From Candidatus Micrarchaeota archaeon (lineage in GTDB: Archaea > Micrarchaeota > Micrarchaeia > Anstonellales > Bilamarchaeaceae), in assembly GCA_029557835.1 (NCBI GenBank), contig JAKQHW010000060.1:1-47402 (forward strand): a DNA stretch of 47,402 bases, given 5' to 3'. The number at the start of each line of letters is the position of its first letter. Within the stretch, counting starts at the first letter, position 1. The position numbers and the translations under genes are program-made. The notes under the pieces are model-generated. The model was not told the DNA's origin, searched no databases, and saw only the letters and a list, made by a program, of their open reading frames with translations. Below are positions 19,614-28,593 of this stretch, in pieces.

Positions 19614-20042
19614 ATGGTTATTAAAACAAAGGATAAAAGGGCTTGCGGTGCGCGCGTGATTGCATATACGGACGGATGCTGCCTCGGGAACCCCGGCCCA
19701 ATGGGCGCGGGCGTTGTGCTCCTGGAAGACGGGAAGGTGCTGGCGGAGATAAGCAGGCACCTTGGGAAGGGGACCAACAACATAGCGGAGTATTCCGCGG
19801 TGCTGATTGCGGTCGAGGCGGCGAAGGGGCTGGGCGCGAAGGGGCTCACCGTGAGGAGCGACTCGAAATTGCTGGTGAGCCAGTTGAGGGGCGAGTTCAG
19901 GGTGAAGGCGCCGCACCTGCGGGAACTTATGGGGAAAATATGGAAGGCGGGCGATGGGATGGCCCTGCATTTCGAATGGGTGCCCCGGGAGAAGAACGAA
20001 AGGGCGGATGAATTGTCCAAGGAAGGCGCCGGCAGGAGGTGA
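19614..20042 (+). CDS. rnhA: Ribonuclease HI family protein
   Basis: YTDG..GNPGP, TNNIAEY, SDSKLLVSQ, WVPREKNERAD; start may instead be GTG 19656. Confidence 0.92.
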   Translation: MVIKTKDKRACGARVIAYTDGCCLGNPGPMGAGVVLLEDGKVLAEISRHLGKGTNNIAEYSAVLIAVEAAKGLGAKGLTVRSDSKLLVSQLRGEFRVKAPHLRELMGKIWKAGDGMALHFEWVPREKNERADELSKEGAGRR

Positions 20043-20048
20043 CCCTCC

Positions 20049-21266
20049 CTAACGGAGCAGGGAAACCGCCTGCCTGAAATTGTTCGCCGCAAGCCGGAGA
20101 TTGCCAGCCTGCATGCACACAAACCCTTCCCTTATCGCCTCGATTATCGGCTGGAGATAGGGTTCGGAGGATTCCTCCAGCTCGTCCGCGATAAGGCCGG
20201 GGTCGTTCACGATGTACGGGCGGGTGGCGCGCTTGAGCATGCAGAGGAAATCCTTCTTGTTAAGCCTGGACGCCTGCCTGTAAATCCCGCGGAGGGACCT
20301 CTTTTCCGCGCCCTCCCCCATCCCCTCGCCGAGGCTCTTTATGCATTCTTTTGCGTATGCGCGCCAGTCCCCTCGCTCCAGGTCGACCAAATCCCTTATG
20401 ACTGCGAGCGGCCTTGCGAACGAGTTTCCGGAGAGCACCCTCCTGGCCTCCTCCCCCGCCTCCGGGCCCGTGAGCCAGTCCGCATGGTTTGCGAGCACTT
20501 TCTGCACGTGCCTGTCGCGCCTGATGCGCATGGAGCATTCCCTGAAATATTCGTATGAGATTATGCGCTCCCTCTGCCTGTCCCTCCAGCTCTCCCTGTT
20601 CCTTACGGCGGTGAGCGTGGCGCAGGCGTTGGAGATGAGGCGGGGGCGGTTGGAGGCCTCGGTTTCCGCCCTTTCGAGGAGTGCGTTCGCCTGGACGAGC
20701 TTCCTGTTCGCGAGGTCGCGGTATGCCGATGCGGCCGCGCCCATGGTGTATGACATCCATTCAAGCTCGTCCCGGGCTGCCCTTACCGACTCGGGGTCCG
20801 CCTCCTTGCTTATGAGGAAGGTGAGGCGCGAGTTTATCGACTCGAGCGTCCGTATGTTGCGGTCTATGACTTCCAATTCTTTTTTGTAGGTGGCCGGGAT
20901 GTGGGTGGAGAACACCCTCACCGCGCCGAATATGTCGTATGAGCCGACCTGTTGCTTCCTCGGGACCTTCTCGCCCTCCTGGAAATCCCTGCTTTCGCGG
21001 TTGAAGCTTATGCGGACGTCCTTCGGGTCCCTTCCGTCTATCTTGAATTTGTCTAGGACAAGGGTGCGGACGGGCTTGCCTTCCCTGTTCCTTCCGGTGA
21101 TTATTTCCCCGGGCCCGCATTTCCCGAAAAGCCTGCTCCGGGTTATCGGGAAGGCTGTCTTGCGGAACTGCCTCCTCCTGTCTTCCCGGGCCGAGCGCAT
21201 TTCCTGCTCCAACCGGGCCGGGCCCTGCGCGTTGCCCGCGCATGAGAATGAAAGCTGCCTGTCCAT
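20049..21266 (-). CDS. Hypothetical basic protein (about 405 aa)
   Basis: Long ORF; ATG 21266 follows the AT-rich divergent promoter gap; the longer track ORF overlaps the methylase. Confidence 0.7.
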   Translation of the reverse strand: MDRQLSFSCAGNAQGPARLEQEMRSAREDRRRQFRKTAFPITRSRLFGKCGPGEIITGRNREGKPVRTLVLDKFKIDGRDPKDVRISFNRESRDFQEGEKVPRKQQVGSYDIFGAVRVFSTHIPATYKKELEVIDRNIRTLESINSRLTFLISKEADPESVRAARDELEWMSYTMGAAASAYRDLANRKLVQANALLERAETEASNRPRLISNACATLTAVRNRESWRDRQRERIISYEYFRECSMRIRRDRHVQKVLANHADWLTGPEAGEEARRVLSGNSFARPLAVIRDLVDLERGDWRAYAKECIKSLGEGMGEGAEKRSLRGIYRQASRLNKKDFLCMLKRATRPYIVNDPGLIADELEESSEPYLQPIIEAIREGFVCMQAGNLRLAANNFRQAVSLLR

Positions 21267-21308
21267 GATGTTTATTTGTGTGAAAATGTTTAAAAACGGA
21301 AAAGAGGA

Positions 21309-22448
21309 ATGGTGAACATGGAAATAGGGGACTGTTTCACTTTCGAGCCCGCGAAGGGCATTCCCGTGCACAACTGGTTCTACTACAAGGAGGCTTATTC
21401 CCCGCAACTGGTGGGATGGGCGCTGGAAGAGCTGGGGGTTGTGGGTGCGGAAACGGGAAACCAGGGACGGAAAGCTGTTTTCGACCCGTTCTGCGGGATA
21501 GGCACCACCATGCTCTATGCGAAGGAGCACGGGCTGCTCGGGATTGGGATTGATGTTTCGCCCCTTGCGCTGTTTGTCTCCAAAACCAAGTGCGCGGATT
21601 ATTCCGAAAAGGACGCGCAGGAGGCGGAAAAGGAACTGAAGGGTATTTTTTCGGAAAGGAGAGAGGCGGGCTGGGGATGGGAATTCGAGTTGTTCCATCC
21701 TTCACGGTTTTTCGGGAAGAGGAACTACAACGACATCTGCTTTTTGCGGGAGAGGGTTGAGGGGATCGGGAATGAGAAGGTGGGCGGATTGTTCCTGCTT
21801 GCGCTCCTCTCCATCCTGCCGCAGTGCGGATTCTTCATCAAGGACGGGGGCGTCCTGCGGGAGCAGAAGGGCAAGAGCGCCATGCCTGTGAAGGATGCTT
21901 TCAGGCGGAAGGTGAAGAGGATGCTCGCGGATTTGCGGGAAAGGAGGGCGGGCGGTGCGGAGCCGGAATTAAAGTTGGAAGATGCGCGGGAGTTTTCTGA
22001 TACGGAGGCGGATGCGTTCGTCACTTCCCCGCCCTACCTGAACAACATAGACTATTCCAAGGTATACGGGCTGGAATTGAGCCTGCTCACGATGCGGAAG
22101 GAGAGCACGAAGGAGATGAGGGATAGGGAGGTGCGTGGCTTCATCACTGGCGAATCTTTCGGTGGCGCGCCGCCCGAGGCCGCGGAATATTCTGGCATCC
22201 CAATTGCGGGGACCTATTTCGCGGACATGGAGCGGGTGCTGCGGAATTTGAAAAGGATTGCGCCTAAAGGGTGCATGGTCGTGGGGAACGCGGTGCTGGG
22301 CGGGAGGCACATCCCGGTTGATGAGATGCTTATTTCCATTGGGGAGCGGATTGGGTTTGAGGGAAGAATTGCGGCTGCCAAGGAGCGGGTTGCGGACGTG
22401 AGGCCCCAAAAACTGAGGGCGAGGGAGAGCGCAATCATATTCAGATGA
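21309..22448 (+). CDS. Orphan amino-DNA methyltransferase (N4C-like)
   Basis: HNWFYYKEAYS, FDPFCGIGTT (motif I), VTSPPY (motif IV). Confidence 0.88.
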   Translation: MVNMEIGDCFTFEPAKGIPVHNWFYYKEAYSPQLVGWALEELGVVGAETGNQGRKAVFDPFCGIGTTMLYAKEHGLLGIGIDVSPLALFVSKTKCADYSEKDAQEAEKELKGIFSERREAGWGWEFELFHPSRFFGKRNYNDICFLRERVEGIGNEKVGGLFLLALLSILPQCGFFIKDGGVLREQKGKSAMPVKDAFRRKVKRMLADLRERRAGGAEPELKLEDAREFSDTEADAFVTSPPYLNNIDYSKVYGLELSLLTMRKESTKEMRDREVRGFITGESFGGAPPEAAEYSGIPIAGTYFADMERVLRNLKRIAPKGCMVVGNAVLGGRHIPVDEMLISIGERIGFEGRIAAAKERVADVRPQKLRARESAIIFR

Positions 22449-24063
22449 TTTCATTGAGTATGAGCTTCTTCGTCTCATCGCTCACCGAAGGGTTCCTGCA
22501 CAGGTCGCTCGCCATCCTCCTGGAGATGGCAGAGCCGTTCCTGGAGATGAAGATTTCGTCCGGGCAAGGCACAAGCAGGGATATTTTCCTTCCGTTCGGC
22601 CTACTCCCCTCGTATATATCCGCGTTGTAAGGCCCGCCCATCGCCGCGAATGCGACATCCGCGACGGTTGCTCCGGAGGATGCCTCTATGGGGCGGCGGT
22701 CCTTCCTTCCGGGCATGTAAACCGAATAGGTCCTGCAGCCGTTTCCGCCGTTGGTTTTATGCGGTGGCACCTCTATTGTGCCCCTCACGTCCCTTGCGGC
22801 GGCGCTAACCGGCCTCAGCATCTCGTTCATAGCGTTTACAAGGTTCATCTTATCCATGTCCTCGTGGCCCTTGTAGCCGAGCCGGCCGGACCTGCCGCAG
22901 CAGGAATCCAGGTAGCTTTCGGCGTCCATAAGCTGGATTTCGCAGGGGACCAGGACGCCGAGGAACGGCATGTATCCCGTTATGTGTATTGCGGTGTATC
23001 CGCTGGCTTTTGGATGGTTGACATAATCGTTCAGGTCGTTGGTGTGGAACCTGAATCCCTTGTCCTTCAGGACCCTTTCGTAAAGGAGCTGGCCTATCCC
23101 GAAAACCGTGCCCGGGTCGCATGGAAGAACCACCCGGGTGGCTATCATGTCCATTATATCGTCAAATTCCTTGCCACGGTCCTCCATCTTGAGGACTATG
23201 GATGCCGCGGACTTTACCCGCGGGTTATGGAAAACCGCCTGGCTTATTATGCCTTGGAACCCCTGGAGGGGCATGCCTTCGCGGCAGCCTATCGAGAACG
23301 CCTCGGTGACCATCTCGTTCAGGGAAGGCGCCGCATTAGAATAGATCTGGATGATTGGCTGCATCCTCAGCTTCATCTCCGCAAGCTTGTCCTGGAGCTC
23401 CGGGTCCCAGTTGAGGCTGCTTTCCCTCAGCATGTATGCGGCGCCCATCCAGCCGAACATCTCGGCCATGGGGAAGAACACTTTCCTCATCTTTGTGGAA
23501 AGCATCCTCTTGGTCGCTGGGGCGAGCTCCTCCCTGAACGGGGAGCCCTCGGCCCAATCCGCCTCATCAAGGCAGTAGTCCGCAATCTTCACTATCAGCG
23601 CGGGCAGGCTTGCGCCTCCGCCCAGGATCAGCTCCGCGTAATTGGGCAGGCGGGCGTATGGGTTGTAATCATACGCATTGGAGGAGAGGCTTGCGTACTG
23701 GTTGAAGCACTTCTCAAGCTGCGAGAGGAACTCCTCCGGGGTTACGCCGAGTTCCTGCCTGAAGTCCGGGGCACGGGCGATTTTCTTTTCCAGCAGGCCC
23801 ATTACCCGCTTCCGTTCATCAACGTCCCTTCCGCCTCCGCGCAGGTGGTGGATGTATGCGAGGGATACGGTGAGCGAGAATGCAAGGTTTAGCTCCGGCT
23901 CCGGCTTTACCCTCCTGGCTATCATTTCGAAGTATTTTGAGGAGATGTCGCTGACCTTCCGGCCGTGCGGCTCCCTCCTGCGCAGCGAGCGCCCGAGCGA
24001 ATCGCTGATTATGCCGCAGGAGCGCGGGTATGGGTTCGGATTTCCCACACATGTGTTGCTCAT
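22441..24063 (-). CDS. Divergent RelA/SpoT-homolog nucleotidyltransferase
   Basis: RVKSAASIVLKM, DIMDMIATRVV, NDYVNHPKASGYTAIH, CEIQL; remnants of the HD region (IVKIAD) and a TGS-like tail (SGATVADVAFA). Confidence 0.8.
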   Translation of the reverse strand: MSNTCVGNPNPYPRSCGIISDSLGRSLRRREPHGRKVSDISSKYFEMIARRVKPEPELNLAFSLTVSLAYIHHLRGGGRDVDERKRVMGLLEKKIARAPDFRQELGVTPEEFLSQLEKCFNQYASLSSNAYDYNPYARLPNYAELILGGGASLPALIVKIADYCLDEADWAEGSPFREELAPATKRMLSTKMRKVFFPMAEMFGWMGAAYMLRESSLNWDPELQDKLAEMKLRMQPIIQIYSNAAPSLNEMVTEAFSIGCREGMPLQGFQGIISQAVFHNPRVKSAASIVLKMEDRGKEFDDIMDMIATRVVLPCDPGTVFGIGQLLYERVLKDKGFRFHTNDLNDYVNHPKASGYTAIHITGYMPFLGVLVPCEIQLMDAESYLDSCCGRSGRLGYKGHEDMDKMNLVNAMNEMLRPVSAAARDVRGTIEVPPHKTNGGNGCRTYSVYMPGRKDRRPIEASSGATVADVAFAAMGGPYNADIYEGSRPNGRKISLLVPCPDEIFISRNGSAISRRMASDLCRNPSVSDETKKLILNEII

Positions 24064-24118
24064 AGTTAATTAATGTGTAAAGAATATTTATATAAGTATT
24101 GGAGGGGCAGTATTTAGG

Positions 24119-25021
24119 GTGAAAACATACATTACAGGCGCCTCGGGGAGATTGGGGAGGCGCGTGCTGAAGCTGGTGGATGCGGTTCCGCTCGTCCGGG
24201 GGAGGAAGGGGCTTCCCGGGGAGGTTGTGACAGATTTCTCCGCAGGGAGCCTTCGGGAGGTCTTGGCGGATGCGGGCTGCATAATCCACCTTGCGGGCTC
24301 AATGCGGTTCTGGGATGCGAAGGGGATGAGGGAGGCGAACGTTGAGCTCACCAGAAGGATTGTTGAGAATTCCCCGGAAAAATGCAGAATTGTGCTTGCG
24401 AGTTCAATATCCGTGTATGGGAAAAAATTGAGGGAAATTCCTGCGGACGAGGCGACGCGCACCAACCCTGATTCCGCGTATGCGAAAAGCAAGATGGATG
24501 CGGAGGACATTGTGAGGGGCAGGGGGGGAAGGCATGCCATTCTTCGCCTGGGGACCATCTACGGGCCGGAGTTTGAGGACTATTCCAATATCCTGAGGAT
24601 GCTGGAGAAAGGGAAGATGCCCATAATCGGGAGCGGAAGGAACAGGGTCCCCTTTGTGCATGTGGAGGATGCGGCGAAGGCTGTTGCCGCCGCGGTGGAA
24701 ATGGGGCAGGGGGTGTATGTGGTCTGCGGGGAAAGCAGGCCGCAGGAGGAAATCTATTCAATTGCATGCAGGGAGCTGGGGGTGCGGCCCCCAAAAAAGC
24801 GCATCTCCCAGAGAATGGCGGGCCTTGTGGGGTGGATGCAGGAGATGTTGGCCCGGATGGGGGTGGGGCCGAAGCTCACGCGGGAGCACATCGGGATTCT
24901 GGGGATGGACCGCGCTTTCAAATGGGAAAGGGCGGAGAGGGATTTGGGCTTCTCCCCGCGCGGGGTTGAGGAAGGGATAAACGAGGTTGTGAAGGAATAC
25001 AAAAAAGGGAAGACGGGCTAG
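24119..25021 (+). CDS. NAD-dependent epimerase/dehydratase (extended SDR)
   Basis: ITGASGRLG, IHLAG, SSISVYG, YAKSK. Confidence 0.92.
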   Translation: MKTYITGASGRLGRRVLKLVDAVPLVRGRKGLPGEVVTDFSAGSLREVLADAGCIIHLAGSMRFWDAKGMREANVELTRRIVENSPEKCRIVLASSISVYGKKLREIPADEATRTNPDSAYAKSKMDAEDIVRGRGGRHAILRLGTIYGPEFEDYSNILRMLEKGKMPIIGSGRNRVPFVHVEDAAKAVAAAVEMGQGVYVVCGESRPQEEIYSIACRELGVRPPKKRISQRMAGLVGWMQEMLARMGVGPKLTREHIGILGMDRAFKWERAERDLGFSPRGVEEGINEVVKEYKKGKTG

Positions 25022-25587
25022 AAATCTGCTTTTACGCTCTTCTTTTCCTCCTCGGAAGCCATGAAGTATTCCCTGTCCTTCAGGCCCATCATCCTTGCGA
25101 AGATTGTGTCGGGTATGGAATGTATCCTCGTGTTGAAGAGGCGGACCGACTCGTTGTAGAACTCCCTCCTGTCCGCTATCTGGTTCTCTATCGCGGAAAG
25201 CTGGTGCTGGAGCTGCATGAAGTTCTCGGAGGCGCGGAGCTTGGGGTAGTTCTCGGCGACCGCGAAAAGGGATTTGAGCGCGGAGGATATGTGGTCGCTG
25301 GCCTTCGCCTTTTCCGCGGGGCCGTGTGCGGAGAGCATCTCCGCGCGCATCCTTGTCACTTCCGCGAGTACGCCCTTCTCGTGCTTCATGTAGCCCTTCA
25401 CCGTTTCCACGAGGTTGGGTACGAGGTCGGTCCTCTGCTTGAGCAGGACGTCTATGTTCGCCCAGGCGCGGTCCATGTTGTTCTTTAGAAGGATGAGCCC
25501 GTTGTAGATTGAGAAAATGTAGAATACAAACAGCGCCCCAATCAAAAGGGCGAGAAAGCCGAGGCAGATTATTGTTTCAACCACCAT
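25018..25587 (-). CDS. lemA: LemA family protein
   Basis: N-terminal TM, AWANIDVLLKQRTDLVPNLVETVKGY, AVAENYPKL. Confidence 0.93.
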   Translation of the reverse strand: MVVETIICLGFLALLIGALFVFYIFSIYNGLILLKNNMDRAWANIDVLLKQRTDLVPNLVETVKGYMKHEKGVLAEVTRMRAEMLSAHGPAEKAKASDHISSALKSLFAVAENYPKLRASENFMQLQHQLSAIENQIADRREFYNESVRLFNTRIHSIPDTIFARMMGLKDREYFMASEEEKKSVKADF

Positions 25588-26371
25588 TGAGGTCCCCGAA
25601 TAGCATTGCAAGCAGCATAAATAAACCTATCGCGGTGAGGCCCAGGCCTATCGCAAGCATCCCAATCGTGGACCATTTCAGCTTTTCCAGGGCCTTTTTC
25701 TCATGGGAGTCGCTTATGTACATGGGGATGCTCCCCGGTTTCCTCACCAAGAGGTTTTCGTGGGCGACGGGGCTGGATGCGCCCTCGAGCGGGACTGCGT
25801 TGCCGAACACGTACAGCGGGTCCCCTTCTGCTATGAAATATTCCGTTATCCTGAACTTGTGCCCTCCGTACATCTTGAACCTGTTCCCTATCTCAGGGTC
25901 GCGCTCGAAAAGGTCCAGCACCTTCCTGTCCAGCTGCTGCTGGGGGAGCAGGCCGAAGAAGCCCCTGTCGGATATGTGGCCCGTGAACTGGTAGTCCGGG
26001 GGTATGTCTATCTCAGCGCCCTTCGGGTCTATGAGCATCTTCCCGGTCTCGTCCTCCAGGTAGAATTGGTGCGAGGAGGATTTCCGGAAGATGGTCTTCC
26101 ACCCTCCGTTCTTCCCGGATTTGTAATATTCCCCGTGCAGCCTCCAGAAGGGGCATTTTGCAAGCGATACCGGGCTCTTCATGTCCTCCTTGCACATCGC
26201 CTTTCCGAAGAGCTCAACAAGCCCGGCTGCCGCGGAGCGGACTTTCGAGGTCGGGGTGTTCCCCATCTTCTGCATGAGGAGGAACCGCTGGGTTCCTCCG
26301 TAAACGAGGAAAAGCCCGAAGATGAGGCAGAAGGCGCCTATGCAGCAGCATTGCGGGATCGGGACTGCCAT
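25577..26371 (-). CDS. GIDE-domain membrane protein
   Basis: TM, NTPTSKVRS..GLVELFG, FYLEDETGKMLIDPKGA, EYFIAEGDPLYVFG, C-terminal TM; overlaps lemA start. Confidence 0.75.
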   Translation of the reverse strand: MAVPIPQCCCIGAFCLIFGLFLVYGGTQRFLLMQKMGNTPTSKVRSAAAGLVELFGKAMCKEDMKSPVSLAKCPFWRLHGEYYKSGKNGGWKTIFRKSSSHQFYLEDETGKMLIDPKGAEIDIPPDYQFTGHISDRGFFGLLPQQQLDRKVLDLFERDPEIGNRFKMYGGHKFRITEYFIAEGDPLYVFGNAVPLEGASSPVAHENLLVRKPGSIPMYISDSHEKKALEKLKWSTIGMLAIGLGLTAIGLFMLLAMLFGDLNGG

Positions 26372-26420
26372 GGGTTTGGGTATGCATGCAAAGTAAATAA
26401 AGGTTGCTAATGGAACTATT

Positions 26421-27194
26421 ATGGGGAATTTGATGGAAAGGAAGACAGAACAATACATACTTGACGGGCTGGAGCGCAAGGGCGCCCTGCTCTTCTCATT
26501 GGTGGACCCGCTGGACTATTCCTCCCTTGATGATGCGGCCAAGACCGCGAAGAACATGGGGGAAGGCGGGGCGGACGTGGTGCTCATAGGCGGGAGCATA
26601 GGTGTGCAGGGGGAGCTGCTGGACACGGTCACGAAAAGGGTGAAGGAGAATGTGAACGTGCCGGTGGTGCTCTTTCCCGGAAATATCGGGACCGTGACGA
26701 AATATGCGGACGCGGTCTATTTCATGAGCCTCCTGAATTCCAGGAACGCGTATTGGATATCCAGGGCGCAGATGCTCGCAGCGGAGATGGTGAGGCACTT
26801 CGGGGTGGAGCCACTGCCCGTGGGATACGTGGTGGTGGAGCCGGGGGGAACTGTAGGGTATGTGGGGGATGTGCAGGCCGTGCCCAGGGCGAAGCCGAAA
26901 ATAGCCGCGGCATATGCGCTTGCGGCGCAGTATATGGGGTTCAGGTTCCTTCTTACGGACGCGGGGAGCGCTCCCGCGGAGGGGCACATTCCGCTTGAGA
27001 TGGTGAAGGCAGTTTCTTCCGTGATTGAGATTCCGTACATAGTGGGCGGGGGGATAAGGACCCCTGCGGAAGCCAAGAACGTGGTGAAGGCGGGCGCGGA
27101 CATAGTGCAGGTAGGGACCGCTTTCGAGAGGAAGGGCGGGGTTGAGGCGGCCAAGGAGTTTGTGAAGGCGGTGCGGGAAGGGGCTAAGAGGTAA
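26421..27194 (+). CDS. Geranylgeranylglyceryl phosphate synthase
   Basis: LVDP, IGGS, LFPG, FMSLLNSRN, DAGS, VGGGIR, VQVGT. Confidence 0.92.
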   Translation: MGNLMERKTEQYILDGLERKGALLFSLVDPLDYSSLDDAAKTAKNMGEGGADVVLIGGSIGVQGELLDTVTKRVKENVNVPVVLFPGNIGTVTKYADAVYFMSLLNSRNAYWISRAQMLAAEMVRHFGVEPLPVGYVVVEPGGTVGYVGDVQAVPRAKPKIAAAYALAAQYMGFRFLLTDAGSAPAEGHIPLEMVKAVSSVIEIPYIVGGGIRTPAEAKNVVKAGADIVQVGTAFERKGGVEAAKEFVKAVREGAKR

Positions 27195-27197
27195 AGA

Positions 27198-27842
27198 ATG
27201 GCTAAAAAAAGCATAGGAAAATTCCTGGTGAAGGCGGGCGCATTGAAGTTCGGGGAATTCACCTTGAAAAGCGGGAGGAAGAGCCCCTATTTCGTTAATA
27301 CGGGGATAATTTGCGAAGGGAAGGAATTCCTGGAACTGTGCGAATTCATCGCCGGAAAAATAGAGGGGATGGGCGGATGCGACGTGGTCTACGGGCCGGC
27401 GTACAAGGGAATTCCGCTGGCCGTGGGCGTGGCGATTGCGCTTTCCAAAAAAGGGAAGAGGGTTTACTGGCTGTTCAACAGAAAAGAGGAGAAGGCGCAC
27501 GGGGACAGGGGCGTGTTCGTGGGGCATTTGCCCGCTCCGGGCGAGAGGGTTGTGCTTGTTGACGACGTGTTCACCACCGGGGGGACGAAATACGAGAATG
27601 TGGATTTGCTGAAAGGGATTGGGGTGAAGCTGAAGGCCGTGGTCGTGGCGGTGGACCGGGAAGAGGAAGGGGATACATCTGGCTCGGCCGTTAGGGAATT
27701 CTCCGGGAAGACCGGGGTGCCTGTGGAATCGGTTGCGACTATTTCCGAAATATTCGAGGAATTGCGCGGGAAGGACGTAAGCGAAGAGGTTTATGCGCGT
27801 TTCTTGAAGTACAGGGATGAGTATGGCGCTAAGGAAGATTGA
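27198..27842 (+). CDS. pyrE: Orotate phosphoribosyltransferase
   Basis: KFGEFTLKSGRKSPYF, GPAYKGIP, NRKEEKAHG, VLVDDVFTTG. Confidence 0.95.
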   Translation: MAKKSIGKFLVKAGALKFGEFTLKSGRKSPYFVNTGIICEGKEFLELCEFIAGKIEGMGGCDVVYGPAYKGIPLAVGVAIALSKKGKRVYWLFNRKEEKAHGDRGVFVGHLPAPGERVVLVDDVFTTGGTKYENVDLLKGIGVKLKAVVVAVDREEEGDTSGSAVREFSGKTGVPVESVATISEIFEELRGKDVSEEVYARFLKYRDEYGAKED

Positions 27843-28593
27843 GAAGTTCGCCGTGGAAAGCGGGAGCATACTCTGCTTCGGGATGGACCCGAAGGAGGGG
27901 ATGGATGTGGTCGGGCATTATTCCTCCATCGCGGACACTTTGCTTGAGGAGCATCTTATTTCCGCGATAAAGCCGAACTATGCGTACTTTGCGGCGCTTG
28001 GGTTCGACGGGCTGCATGCGCTCAAGCAAATAATCGACAGGTACAGGGAGAAGACCTTCGTTATACTGGACGCGAAGCGCGGGGACATAGGGAAAAGCAG
28101 CGAGGCGTACGCGCGCGAGGCGTATGGGTTCTGGGGGGCGGACGCGGTCACGGTCGCGCCTTACATGGGGGAGGATTCGATTGCGCCTTTCATAAAAGAG
28201 GGGAAAATAGCATATGTGCTGGGGAGGACCAGCAATCCCGGGGCCAGGGATTTCGAGGAGCTGAAATGCGGGAAGCGGAGGGTTTACGAGGAGGTCTGCG
28301 CGAAGGCCGCGAAGATGGGCGCGGGGCTTGTCGTGGGCGCGACCAGCAGGGATGCGCTGGGGAAAATCGTGAAGCTGGTGGGTAAGGACGTTCCGCTGCT
28401 CATTCCGGGGATAGGGGCGCAGGGCGGGGACTTCGAAGTGCTGAAGGTGCTGAAGGGAAATCCTTTCATACACAGGGTGAACTCCTCCTCCTCCATTGCG
28501 TTCGCATATGGGAAGAAAGGGGGGAGCCCGGAGCAGGCGGCAAGGAAGGAAGCGGAAAGGCTGAATGCGGAAATAGGAAGGAGAATTTTCTAG
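27823..28593 (+). CDS. pyrF: Orotidine-5'-phosphate decarboxylase
   Basis: CFGMDP, ILDAKRGDIG, DAVTVAPYMG, RTSNP, VVGAT, LIPGIGAQGG. Confidence 0.95.
   Translation: MALRKIEKFAVESGSILCFGMDPKEGMDVVGHYSSIADTLLEEHLISAIKPNYAYFAALGFDGLHALKQIIDRYREKTFVILDAKRGDIGKSSEAYAREAYGFWGADAVTVAPYMGEDSIAPFIKEGKIAYVLGRTSNPGARDFEELKCGKRRVYEEVCAKAAKMGAGLVVGATSRDALGKIVKLVGKDVPLLIPGIGAQGGDFEVLKVLKGNPFIHRVNSSSSIAFAYGKKGGSPEQAARKEAERLNAEIGRRIF

Noticed and set aside
21267..21698. N-terminal extension of the 549-aa track ORF
   Set aside because: Antisense shadow of the methylase; an AT-rich promoter gap lies at about 21270-21308
26496..27869. 457-aa antisense ORF and similar long shadow ORFs (e.g. 1223-2098, 22759-23892, 31433-32491)
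   Set aside because: Lie opposite well-supported genes; expected from GC-rich codon bias; no motifs
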